DNA from: Mycobacteriales bacterium
Lineage (GTDB): Bacteria > Actinomycetota > Actinomycetes > BP-191
Length of the DNA stretch: 50,208 nt
Direction of reading: 5' to 3'
Assembly: GCA_035536955.1 (NCBI GenBank)
Contig: DATLNF010000019.1
Location: 1 to 50,208, forward strand
A program made the translations under genes and the position numbers. Of this stretch, positions 26,389 to 35,800 are shown in pieces. Under the pieces are notes generated by a model. The model saw only the letters and a list, made by a program, of their open reading frames with translations. It ran no database searches and was not told where the DNA came from. Every line of letters begins with the position of its first letter. Position 1 is the first letter of the stretch.

Positions 26389-27171
26389 TCAGGCGGGCTT
26401 CGTGGCGCGGAGGCAGACCTTGCTGTCGGTGTAGGCCAGGACGGTCCCGTCGGCGGACTGCTCGACGGCGTACGCCGACCGAGCGTCAGGCGGCGCGTCC
26501 TGGAACCGCCGCCGGACCTCCACCGCAGCCTCACCGGCGCAGCCGGACCGCGCGAGCCACGGCTCAAGCTCGTGGCGCTTGCGGGTCAGCCGCGACTCGA
26601 CGACCTGCAGCCGCGCACCGGCGAGCACCGCCCGCCAGCGAGACGGAGCCCAGGACCGACCGTGCGACGGGTCGCGCAGCCGCTCCACGTCGTCGAGCCA
26701 GCGGGCGAGGTCGTCGTCCTCCGGCACCGTCGAGTCGACGAGCAGGAGCATGCCGCCCGGCGTCAGGACGCGTGCCACCTCGTCGACGAAACGCGCGATG
26801 TCGCCGAAGTGGTGCGGCGCGATCCGGCAGGCGACCAGCGCCATCGAGTGGGTGCGGATCGGCAGCCGCTCGGCGGCTCCGGCCACCCAGCCGAGCGCCG
26901 GGCGCTCGGTCGTGCTGCGGGCCGCCGCTACCGACTCCGGCGTCAGGTCGGTCGCGACGACCTGGTGTCCCGCGTCGAGCAGTGCGCGGGTGGAGAAGCC
27001 GCCGCCGCACGCCACGTCCAGCGCGAGCCCGGGTACGACGGACGCGGCGCGGCCGGCCAGCCAGGCCAGGTCCTCGCCGCCGGCATGGCTGGCGCTGACG
27101 GCGTACTCGTCGGCCACCCGGGCGTACTGGGCCCGGTTGCGCTCGTGCGCCCCGGCCAGGTCGTCGCTCAC
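26389..27171 (-). CDS. class I SAM-dependent methyltransferase
   Basis: Has motif I LDVACGGGFST, D-loop ATDLT and motif post-II LTPGGMLLLVD. I chose the GTG start at 27171 because upstream ORF sequence runs through a 62-bp non-coding tandem repeat. Confidence 0.8.
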   Translation of the reverse strand: MSDDLAGAHERNRAQYARVADEYAVSASHAGGEDLAWLAGRAASVVPGLALDVACGGGFSTRALLDAGHQVVATDLTPESVAAARSTTERPALGWVAGAAERLPIRTHSMALVACRIAPHHFGDIARFVDEVARVLTPGGMLLLVDSTVPEDDDLARWLDDVERLRDPSHGRSWAPSRWRAVLAGARLQVVESRLTRKRHELEPWLARSGCAGEAAVEVRRRFQDAPPDARSAYAVEQSADGTVLAYTDSKVCLRATKPA

Positions 27172-27220
27172 CCGGGCATCATCCCGCGCGTCGCTGCCGG
27201 TTGCCGCGCGAGCGGCCCCC

Positions 27221-27342
27221 CGGGAAGCGGTGCCGCTCACTCCGGTCCTGACCGGACTGCGGGGCACCGCCCGCGGGGGCGACGGGAAGCGGTGCCGCTC
27301 ACTCCGGTCCTGACCGGACTGGGGGGCACCGCCCGCGGGGGC
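27221..27342. repeat. direct tandem duplication, period 62 bp, two copies
   Basis: The 59-bp core GGGAAGCGGTGCCGCTCACTCCGGTCCTGACCGGACTG(C/G)GGGGCACCGCCCGCGGGGGC occurs at 27222-27280 and 27284-27342 with one mismatch. The period is not divisible by 3. It is intergenic. Confidence 0.92.
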
Positions 27343-27355
27343 ACCGGGAGGGAGG

Positions 27356-28165
27356 TCAGGCGGGGAACTCGCGAGTGACCACGACGGTGAGCCCGCGGCC
27401 GGGGAGGTCGGCGGGCCGAGGAGCGGCGGCGCGCACCTCGGGGAACTGCCGGCGGAGCAGCGCCGCCGCGTCCTCCCCGCCCGGCTCGTAGAACACCGTG
27501 GTCTCGACGACGGTGCGGCGGGTGTTCCCGACCTCGGCGATCCGCCAGCCGCCGGCCCGGAACCGGTCGGCGGCACGCTGCGCGAGCTTGGGCCGGCGGG
27601 AGTGGTTGAGCACGGTGAGCGGCGGCCGCTCCTCGACGCCCGGGGACGCGGCAGGGGCGGGTGATGGGGTAGCCGGCGAGGCGCCGACCGGGGCGGTCGC
27701 GCCCGGGCTCGCGCTGGCGGCGTCGGGTGCTGCTGCTGCCGTCGGCGCGGACGTCCGGACCGACGGGGCGGCGACCACCGGCCCCTGACCGGGCGGGCGC
27801 GGCGGCGCCGACCCGCCGAATGCCAGGTTCAGGCCGAGGATCGCGCCGGCCACAAGAGAGATCGCGGCCACGGCACCGACGAGGTCACGAGCCAGCCCTG
27901 CCCGCCAGGTCGGCGTCGAGACCGCGGCACGGTGCGCCGCCTCGCGAGCGGCGCGCCTGATCAGCCTTCGAGCCCGAGTCGGCGGGCCTGCCGCGTCCGC
28001 TGACGGGTCGCCCGGAGCCGACGCAGCCGCTTCACGAGCATCGGGTCGTGCACGAGCGCCGCGGGGCGGTCGATGAGCGCGTTGACGACCTGGTAGTAGC
28101 GCGTCGCGCTCATGTCGAACAGGTCGCGGATCGCCTGCTCCTTCGCGCCGGCGTACTTCCACCAC
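27356..28165 (-). CDS. LytR C-terminal domain (LytR_C) membrane protein
   Basis: The C-terminal domain (VLNHSRRPKLAQRAADRFRAGGWRIAEVGN...TVFY) follows one TM helix and a Pro/Ala linker. The start is unresolved. The longest ORF (GTG 28165) overlaps the DUF3263 gene by 205 nt, and the next canonical starts are GTG 27871 and 27853, inside the TM helix. Confidence 0.6.
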   Translation of the reverse strand: MVEVRRREGAGDPRPVRHERDALLPGRQRAHRPPRGARARPDAREAAASAPGDPSADAAGPPTRARRLIRRAAREAAHRAAVSTPTWRAGLARDLVGAVAAISLVAGAILGLNLAFGGSAPPRPPGQGPVVAAPSVRTSAPTAAAAPDAASASPGATAPVGASPATPSPAPAASPGVEERPPLTVLNHSRRPKLAQRAADRFRAGGWRIAEVGNTRRTVVETTVFYEPGGEDAAALLRRQFPEVRAAAPRPADLPGRGLTVVVTREFPA

Positions 28166-28290
28166 TGCCGCTCGAAGGCCAGGATCGCCCGCTCGCGGTC
28201 GGTGAGCTCACCGGCGTCGAGGCTGCTGATCGCGGAGGCCGCGTCCACGTGTGCTCCCTGAGCGGTCCGATCGAATGACACCGTTGTCAT
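27961..28290 (-). CDS. DUF3263 domain-containing protein
   Basis: ATG at 28290 (MTTVSFDR...), with an alternative TTG at 28311. It carries the characteristic LTDRERAILAFERQWWKYAGAKEQAIRDLFDMSATRYYQVVNALID. Confidence 0.82.
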   Translation of the reverse strand: MTTVSFDRTAQGAHVDAASAISSLDAGELTDRERAILAFERQWWKYAGAKEQAIRDLFDMSATRYYQVVNALIDRPAALVHDPMLVKRLRRLRATRQRTRQARRLGLEG

Positions 28291-28389
28291 TCTGGCACGA
28301 CGCTCCGACAAAGCAAGCGTCTGGCGCGCGGCTCAGTCTGGCCGGCCGGGCTGACAACCTGGGCCGACAACCGGCCGACCCGCCGGCGC

Positions 28390-29742
28390 TCACTCGTCCG
28401 TCCGGACCTCCACGGGCCCGAGGCCGACGTCGCCGAGAGAGTCGGCGACGGCGGACGCGTCGCCCACCACGACGAGAGTCAGCTCATCCAGGCGCAGGTG
28501 CTTCGCGGCGGCCGAGTCGACCTCGTCCTTGCCGACGGCCGCGATCCGCTCGCGCTGCCGGTCGTAGTAGTCGTCCGGCAGGTCGTGCACGACGAGGTCG
28601 CTCAGCGCGCCCAGCACGCCGCGCGGCGACGCGAAGGCGAGCGGGTAGCGCTCGACCCGCTGCCGACGCACGTCGTCGAGCTCGTCGTCGCGGATCCCCC
28701 CGGCCTGCATGCCGGCGATCTCGGCGACGGCGTCGACGACCGCGGGCGCGGTCACCTCGGTCTTGACCTCCGACTGGGCCACGAAGACGCCGCCGTCGCG
28801 TCGCATGTCGTACTGCGCCGAGGCGCCGTACGTGTAGCCCTTCTTCTCCCGCAGCGTGTAGTTGAGCCGGGAGTTGAACAACCCGCCGAGCGCCGCCTGC
28901 ATGGTCGTGAGCGCCACCTCGTCGGGCGCCCCGCGGGCCGGGCCGAGGTGGCCCAGCGCCAGTGCCGACTGGACCGAGCCGGGGCGGTCGACCACGACGA
29001 CCCGACGGCCACCGGTCGCCGCCTGCGGACTGGCTCCGCCGGCCTCGCCCGTGCCGGCCCAGCCGTCGAACACCGCGGCCCCCACCAGGTCGAGGTCGAG
29101 TTCGGTGAGGTCCCCGGCGAGGACGAGGGCCGCGGCGCCCGGGAGCAGCCGCGACTCGTGCCAGGCCCGAACCGCGTCGAGGTCGACGCCCTCGACCGTG
29201 TCCGGCGTGCCGCCCTGCGGCAGGGCGTAGCGCGTGCCTTCCGCCCAGAGCCTCGCGGCCAGCTCGCGCGCGGCCCGGACACGCGGCCGGGCCGCCTCGG
29301 CCACGAGGTCGTCCACGCGCTCGTCGCGCACCCGCGCCAGCTCCTCGGCGATCATCGCCGGTGCCACGAGGGCCGAGTTCAGCAGCCGGGCGGCCTCCGG
29401 TACGGCGAACGACGGCACGTCGAAGCCGAGGTGGCTGGAGTCCCAGCCGACTGCGGCGAACCAGCTCGCGCCGAGCCGCTCCCCCGCGATCGCGAAGGCG
29501 TGCGCGTCCAGCCCGCCCGCGCCCTGGCCGAGGAGGTCGGCCGTGAGCTGGGCGACACCCGCGGAACCCGGATCCTCCGCGGCGGCGCCGACCCGCGACA
29601 CCAGCGCCATCGACACGATCGGCCGGCGCTCGAGATGGCACGCGATGACCGTCCCGCCCGCGACGTCGTGCCGGGTGAAGGCCGGGAACCGGTACGGCCG
29701 CGGCTCCCCCGCAGCCGGCCGCTCCGGCACGAGGACTGTCAT
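28390..29742 (-). CDS. M16 (pitrilysin) family peptidase, non-catalytic partner subunit
   Basis: 450 aa with the M16 two-domain layout, but GVAQLTADLL stands where HxxEH would be. Its ATG overlaps the upstream stop (ATGA). Confidence 0.85.
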   Translation of the reverse strand: MTVLVPERPAAGEPRPYRFPAFTRHDVAGGTVIACHLERRPIVSMALVSRVGAAAEDPGSAGVAQLTADLLGQGAGGLDAHAFAIAGERLGASWFAAVGWDSSHLGFDVPSFAVPEAARLLNSALVAPAMIAEELARVRDERVDDLVAEAARPRVRAARELAARLWAEGTRYALPQGGTPDTVEGVDLDAVRAWHESRLLPGAAALVLAGDLTELDLDLVGAAVFDGWAGTGEAGGASPQAATGGRRVVVVDRPGSVQSALALGHLGPARGAPDEVALTTMQAALGGLFNSRLNYTLREKKGYTYGASAQYDMRRDGGVFVAQSEVKTEVTAPAVVDAVAEIAGMQAGGIRDDELDDVRRQRVERYPLAFASPRGVLGALSDLVVHDLPDDYYDRQRERIAAVGKDEVDSAAAKHLRLDELTLVVVGDASAVADSLGDVGLGPVEVRTDE

Positions 29743-31043
29743 GCGGACTCCTCCTCGGGCAGGTAGGTCAGCACGACCCGGTTGTCCCGGCGCAGCACGG
29801 CCCGCCCGACGCGCAGCAGGTCGTCCGCGGTCGGCGCGAGCAGGCGGTCGACGCGGGTGTTCACCAGCTCCGGGTCACCGAAGAGCGTCGCGTGCTGCGA
29901 GAGCGCGTCCGCGCGGGAGTCCAGCGACGCGAGGTGGCCGAGGACGTCACTGGTGAGCAGTGCCCGAGCCCGCGCCAGCTCGTCGTCGGCGATGCCGTCG
30001 CGGAGCGCGGCGTCTACGACCTCGTCGTACGCCGCCTCGGCCTGCTCCGGGGTCACGCCCTCGGCGCAGTGCAGGTCGGCGATCAGCAGGCTCACGCCGC
30101 CGACGAAGTCGAAGGCGCCGACGAACTCCTCCGAGGGCCGGACGAGGGCGCGCTCCAGGACCAGCTCGCGGTAGAGCCGGCTGCCGCGCCCCCCGCCGAG
30201 GACCACCGACAGGACCGACAGCGCGTCGAAGTCCGGCGTGCCGAACGGCGGGCACCGGTAGCCCATGAACACGGCCGGCAGCGGGACGTTGTCCGGGATG
30301 ACCTTGCGGATCTCCTCGCCGATCACCGGCGGTGCGGTGCCGTCAGGCGCGCCGACCAGGTCCGCACACGCCGGGATCCCGCCGAAGTACTTCTCGACCA
30401 GCGCGAGCGCGGCGTCGGTGTCGACGTCGCCGACCAGCGTGAGCACCGCGTTGTTCGGCGCGTAGTGCCGCCGGTAGAAGTCCTTCACGTCGTCGAGCGA
30501 CGCGGCCTCGAGGTCGTCCATCGAGCCGATCGTCGAGTGCTGGTAGGGGTGCCCGGCCGGGAAGGCGCTCTGCTGCAGCTGCTCGATCCAGCCGCCGTAG
30601 GGCTGGTTGTCGTAGGACTGCCGGCGCTCGTTCTGCACCACCGCGCGCTGGTTGTCGAGCGTCTCCTGGCTGAGGGAGTCGGCGAGCCCGCCCATCCGGT
30701 CGGCCTCGAGCCACAGCGCGAGCTCGAGGTGATGGCTCGGCACGGTCTCGAAGTAGTTGGTCCGGTCGCACCAGGTGGTCGCGTTGAGTGTCGCGCCCAC
30801 CGCCTGCAGCAGCTTGAGGTGCTCGCCCTTCTCGACATGGGCCGAGCCCTCGAACATCAGGTGCTCGAACAGGTGCGCGAGGCCCGTGCGCCCGGGCTCC
30901 TCGTGCCGGGAGCCGACGTCGTACCAGATGTTCACGGCGACGATCGGCACCGCGTGGTCCTCGTTGACGACGACCCGCAGTCCGTTGGCCAGCCTCGTGT
31001 CGGTGAGCTCGAAATGGGGGGCACGCATCCCGGTCAAGGTCAT
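29739..31043 (-). CDS. M16 family zinc metallopeptidase (catalytic subunit)
   Basis: 434 aa with the inverted zinc motif GLAHLFEHLMFEG and a downstream Glu (NATTWCDRTNYFE). Confidence 0.9.
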   Translation of the reverse strand: MTLTGMRAPHFELTDTRLANGLRVVVNEDHAVPIVAVNIWYDVGSRHEEPGRTGLAHLFEHLMFEGSAHVEKGEHLKLLQAVGATLNATTWCDRTNYFETVPSHHLELALWLEADRMGGLADSLSQETLDNQRAVVQNERRQSYDNQPYGGWIEQLQQSAFPAGHPYQHSTIGSMDDLEAASLDDVKDFYRRHYAPNNAVLTLVGDVDTDAALALVEKYFGGIPACADLVGAPDGTAPPVIGEEIRKVIPDNVPLPAVFMGYRCPPFGTPDFDALSVLSVVLGGGRGSRLYRELVLERALVRPSEEFVGAFDFVGGVSLLIADLHCAEGVTPEQAEAAYDEVVDAALRDGIADDELARARALLTSDVLGHLASLDSRADALSQHATLFGDPELVNTRVDRLLAPTADDLLRVGRAVLRRDNRVVLTYLPEEESA

Positions 31044-31107
31044 CGGCTGACCCTAGTGCAGCGTCCGGTCGCAGGAGCGGGCACCTCTCACGCCGAATCG
31101 TGACGCC

Positions 31108-32712
31108 ATGCGCCGTTCGACCCTGCTGGGCCTCGTCACCGTGCTGTGCGCCGGCCTCGCCGCGCCCGTGACCGCCGCCGAGCAGGCCACGGCCGCGCCC
31201 GAGCGCCGACGCGAGGTGCGCTACGACTCCTTCGTCAAGGAGCACGTCCGCGTCCCGATGCGCGACGGCGTCGAGCTGGCCGCCGACATCTACCGCCCGG
31301 TGACCCCCGCGAAGGTGCGGGTGCCGGTCATCCTGCAGCTGACGCCGTACCACTCGCTCTACAAGGCGCTCGACCCCAACGAGGACGACCTGCCGACCGG
31401 CGAGGCCAAGCGCTACGTCCCCGTCGGCTACGCCTACGTCGTCGCCGACGTGCGCGGGACGTGGGCCTCCGGCGGCTGCTGGGACTACGGCGGCCTCAAG
31501 GAGCGCCAGGATGGCTACGACCTCGTCGAGTGGCTGGGCACCCGGGCGTGGTCCAACGGCAAGGTCGCGATGACCGGTGCGTCGTACGACGGCACCACCG
31601 CGAACGCGGCAGCCGTGGAGCGGCCCCCGCACCTCGCGACGATCGTGCCGATCTCGGCAATCAGCCGCTGGTGGGGATACGCCTACCAGCAGGGCGCGCG
31701 GTCGTCGTACTCCGGCACCTCGGCCGACATCGACCCGCCGTCGGACACGCCGACCGACTTCATGTTCGCCTACGGCTTCGTGCCGCCGCCGCACCCCGAC
31801 ACGGTCACGAGCGCGCAGCAGATCGCGATGCGGTGGACGCTCTGCGACCGGCTGCGGCAGACCGAGCGCGGGTACGACCTCGAGCCCGACTACGACGCAT
31901 TCTGGGTCGAGCGCGACTACCTCAAGCTCGCGGCTCGGGTGAAGGTCCCGGTGCTGATCTCGCACGGCCTGCTCGACTTCAACGTGAAGACGTGGGAGGG
32001 CACCGCCTGGTACGAGGCCCTGCGCACCGAGAAGGCGATGGTCCTCGGGCAGTGGCCGCACGCGTCGCCGCGCGGGAAGTACCCGGACTGGGACGAGTTC
32101 CTGACGAAGTGGTACGAGCGCTGGCTGTACGGCGTGCGCAACGGCGTGGAGCACGAGCCGCCGGTGCGCATCCAGTCGAGCGACCGCGAGTGGCGGATGG
32201 GCGAGTGGGGACGCGCGAAGCGCTTCGCGCTCCCCCTCGGCGGCGAGCCGACCACGATCGTCGACGACGGGACGCTCGACGAGGAGCAGATGCTCCGCGG
32301 CGCCGGCGCCGGCACGCGCTTCGTGCGCATCGCCGTACCGAAGACCGAGGGCGGCCTGCACCTGCAGGGCCGCCCGGTGCTGCGCCTCGCCTTCTCCAGC
32401 GACCGTCCGTCGACGCAGCTCGACGCGGTCCTGTGCGACGTGGGGCCGGACGGCGCCTGCCGCATCGTCTCGCGCGCCTACCTCAACGCGAGGTACCTCG
32501 GCGGGCTGACCGCCGGCAAGGACCTCGAGCCCGGCAAGGTCTACACCGCGGCGCTGGAGTTCATCGACAAGGACCACGTCGTGGCGGAGGGACGCCACCT
32601 CGAGCTGATCATCTCGTCGTCCTCGACGACCTGGGTCTTCCCCGACGAGCTGCGCGCCCGCAACACCCTGCTGCTCGACAAGAGCTCCCTCGTGCTCCCG
32701 CTCGTCCGCTGA
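31108..32712 (+). CDS. secreted CocE/NonD family hydrolase (S15 X-Pro dipeptidyl-peptidase-like)
   Basis: Signal peptide. Has VPMRDGVELAADIYRP, the nucleophile elbow MTGASYDG and the C-terminal jelly-roll region typical of the family. Confidence 0.88.
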   Translation: MRRSTLLGLVTVLCAGLAAPVTAAEQATAAPERRREVRYDSFVKEHVRVPMRDGVELAADIYRPVTPAKVRVPVILQLTPYHSLYKALDPNEDDLPTGEAKRYVPVGYAYVVADVRGTWASGGCWDYGGLKERQDGYDLVEWLGTRAWSNGKVAMTGASYDGTTANAAAVERPPHLATIVPISAISRWWGYAYQQGARSSYSGTSADIDPPSDTPTDFMFAYGFVPPPHPDTVTSAQQIAMRWTLCDRLRQTERGYDLEPDYDAFWVERDYLKLAARVKVPVLISHGLLDFNVKTWEGTAWYEALRTEKAMVLGQWPHASPRGKYPDWDEFLTKWYERWLYGVRNGVEHEPPVRIQSSDREWRMGEWGRAKRFALPLGGEPTTIVDDGTLDEEQMLRGAGAGTRFVRIAVPKTEGGLHLQGRPVLRLAFSSDRPSTQLDAVLCDVGPDGACRIVSRAYLNARYLGGLTAGKDLEPGKVYTAALEFIDKDHVVAEGRHLELIISSSSTTWVFPDELRARNTLLLDKSSLVLPLVR

Positions 32713-32737
32713 CTCTTCCCCACCCCTCCCTAACCAG

Positions 32738-32810
32738 TGATCTTGGTGCCGGTGTCCACAGCGACGCCGGGCCTGGGGTGCGGCGGCTGTGGACCGGGGG
32801 CGCAAGATCA
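32738..32810. terminator. long imperfect hairpin between convergent genes
   Basis: TGATCTTGGTGCCGGTGTCCACAGC at 32738-32762 pairs imperfectly with GCTGTGGACCGGGGGCGCAAGATCA at 32786-32810. It lies between the stops of 31108-32712 (+) and gdh (-). Confidence 0.45.
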
Positions 32811-32862
32811 TCCGGTGAGAGGGGCGGGCGCGGGCGCGGGCCGGAGCCGGGTCAAAACTGGG

Positions 32863-35800
32863 TCAGGAGGCGGCGGTGGCCTGGGCGAGGCCGCGGATCT
32901 GGCGCAGGGCCACGGACAGCGTGGCGAGGTCGTAGCTCTCCGACGCGGTCACGTCGTTGAGCAGTGCCGTCGCCCGCTCGACCGACTTGCTGTTCTCCTC
33001 GCACCACGTGGCGATCCGCTTGTCCGGATCGCCGCCGCCGGTCGTCGCGAGCACGTCGGTGGCGAGGGCGGCGTGCGCGGCGTAGAGCTCGTCGCGCAGC
33101 GCAGCCCGCGCCAGCGTCTGCCACCGGTCGTCGCGCGGCAGCGCGAGCACCCCGCGCAGCAGCCGGTGCAGCGCGAGCCGCTCGTCGAGCGCGAAGTAGA
33201 CACGCGCGACCTCGGGCACCGGGGCGCCGACCCGCCCGGCCACGTCGACGATGTCGAGCGCGCCGTACGCCGACGCGAATCCGGCGACTCGCGCGGCGAG
33301 CGCCGCCGGCACGAGCGACTGCTGCAACCCGGCTTCCTGCACCACCATCGCGTCCCGCTGCGAGCCGACGGCGAGCTCGCCGAGCTGGCGGGTCACCTCG
33401 GCAACTCCCGGCGCGAACGCCGCGATCGTCGCGGCGATGTCCAGCGGCGAGCGCCGGGTGTGCAGCAGCCATCTGGTCGCGCGCTCCATGAGCTTGCGAC
33501 CCTCGAGCAGCATGGAGGTCTGCACCGCGGTCGGCACCACGTTGTCGAGCGCCTCGACGTCGGCGAGGAACGCCGGCATCGCGAACACCTCGCGCGCCAC
33601 GGTGTGGGCGCGGGTGATGTCAGCGACCGTCGACGCCGTCTCCTCCGCCATTCGGTAGACGAAGGTGATCCCGGCGTGGTTGACCATCCCGTTGACGACG
33701 GCGGTCGCGATGATCTCGCGGCGAAGCGGGTGCTCGGCCATCTGCGCCCGGTAGCGCTCGCGCAGGGCCGTCGGGAAGTACTGCTCGAGCTCGCGGGCGA
33801 GGTACGTGTCCTCGGGGAGGTCCGACTCGATCAGGTCGGCGGTGAGGGCGATCTTCGTGTGTGCGAGCACGACGGCGAACTCCGGGCTGGTCAGCCCGAT
33901 GCCGGCGGCGTCGCGCCGGGCGAGCTCTGCGTCGTCCGGGAGCACCGCGAGGGCCCGGTCGACGTCGCCCGCCCGCTCCAGGTGCGCGATGTACCTGGCG
34001 TAGACCGGCAGCATGTCGGCGGCCTGGGCCCGCGCGTTGCCGAGCGCCACGTTCTGCTCGTAGTTGTCCCGCAGGACATGCGCCGCGACCTCGTCCGTCA
34101 TCGCCTCGAGCAGCGCGTTGCGCTGCTTCTCGGTGAGCTCGCCGGCAGCGGCGGCCTGCCCGAGCAGGATCTTGATGTTCACCTCGTGGTCGGAGGTGTC
34201 GACCCCCGCGGAGTTGTCGATCGCGTCGGTGTTCACGCGGCCGCCGGCGAGGGCGTACTCGATGCGCCCCCGCTGCGTGAACCCGAGGTTGCCGCCCTCG
34301 GCGGCGACCTTGCACCGGAGCTGCCCGCCGTCGACCCGGATCGCGTCGTTGGCCTTGTCGCCGACGTCGACGTGGGACTCGCCCGCAGCCTTGACGTACG
34401 TGCCGATTCCGCCGTTGAAGAGCAGGTCGACGGGCGCCAGCAGGATGGCCCGCATCAGCTCGGCGGGCGTCATCGTCACCGCGTCGACGCCGAGCGCGCC
34501 GCGTACCTCTGGCGTGATCGGGATCGACTTCGCCGTCCGCGGGAACACCCCGCCGCCCGGTGAGATGAGCGCGCGGTCGTAGTCGTCCCAGCTCGATCTC
34601 GGCAGCTCGAAGAGCCGTCTGCGCTCGGCGTACGACGCAGCCGGCTCCGGCGAGGGGTCGAGGAACACGTGCCGGTGGTCGAACGCGGCGACCAGGCGGA
34701 TCTGCTCCGAGAGCAGCATGCCGTTGCCGAACACGTCCCCCGACATGTCGCCGATCCCGACGACGGTGAACTGGTCCGCCTGGACGTCGACGCCCATCTC
34801 GCGGAACTGCCTCTTCACCGACTCCCACGCACCCCGCGCGGTGATGCCCATCGCCTTGTGGTCGTAGCCGGCCGAGCCGCCCGACGCGAACGCGTCGCCG
34901 AGCCAGAAGCCGTACTCGATCGCGATTGCGTTGGCGATGTCGGAGAACGCGCCGGTGCCCTTGTCGGCAGCCACGACCAGGTAGGCGTCGGTGCCGTCGT
35001 GGCGGACGACCCGTGGTGGAGGTACGACGACGTTGCCCTCGGTCAGGTTGTCCGTGACGTCGAGCAGCCCCCGCATGAAATCCGAGTAGCAGGCGACGAC
35101 TTCGGCCGTCATCGCGTCCCGGTCGGCCAGCGGCCGCTTGACGACGAAGCCGCCCTTGGCGCCGACCGGCACGATGACGGCGTTCTTCACCATCTGCGCC
35201 TTGACCAGCCCCAGGATCTCCGTACGGAAGTCCTCCCGCCGGTCCGACCAGCGGATGCCGCCGCGCGCGACCGGCCCGAACCGCAGGTGCACAGCCTCGA
35301 CCCGCGGTGAGTAGACGAAGACCTCGAACTTCGGCCGCGGCAGCGGCAGGTCGGGGACGCGCTCCGGGTCGAGCTTGAGCGCGAGGTAGCCCTTGGGCCG
35401 GCCGGTTGGCTCGACCTGGAAGTAGTTGGTCCGCAAGGTGGCCAGCACGAGCGCGAGGTAGCTGCGCAGGATGCGGTCCTCGTCGAGGCTCGCGACCGCC
35501 TCCAGAGCCGTCTCGATGTCGGCCTTCAGTCGCTCCGCTCCGGCCGGGTCCGGCGAGTCGGGATCGAAGCGCGCCTCGAAGAGCGCGACCAGCCACCGCG
35601 CGACGTCGACGTTGCGGGCCAGCGTCTCGGCGATGTACATCTCGCTGAACGCGGTGCCGGCCTGGCGGAGGTACTTCGCGTAGGCGCGGAGCACGGAGAC
35701 CTGCCGCCAGCCGAGCCGGGCGACGAGGACGAGCGCGTTGAAGCGGTGGCTCTCGGCCTGCCCGCGCCAGACGGCGACGAAGGCGTCCTGGAACGCCTCG

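Noticed and set aside
27172-27576. An N-terminal extension of the methyltransferase ORF to 27576.
   Set aside because: The extension reads through the 62-bp tandem repeat in shifting frames and overlaps the LytR_C gene end. The methyltransferase fold begins after GTG 27171.
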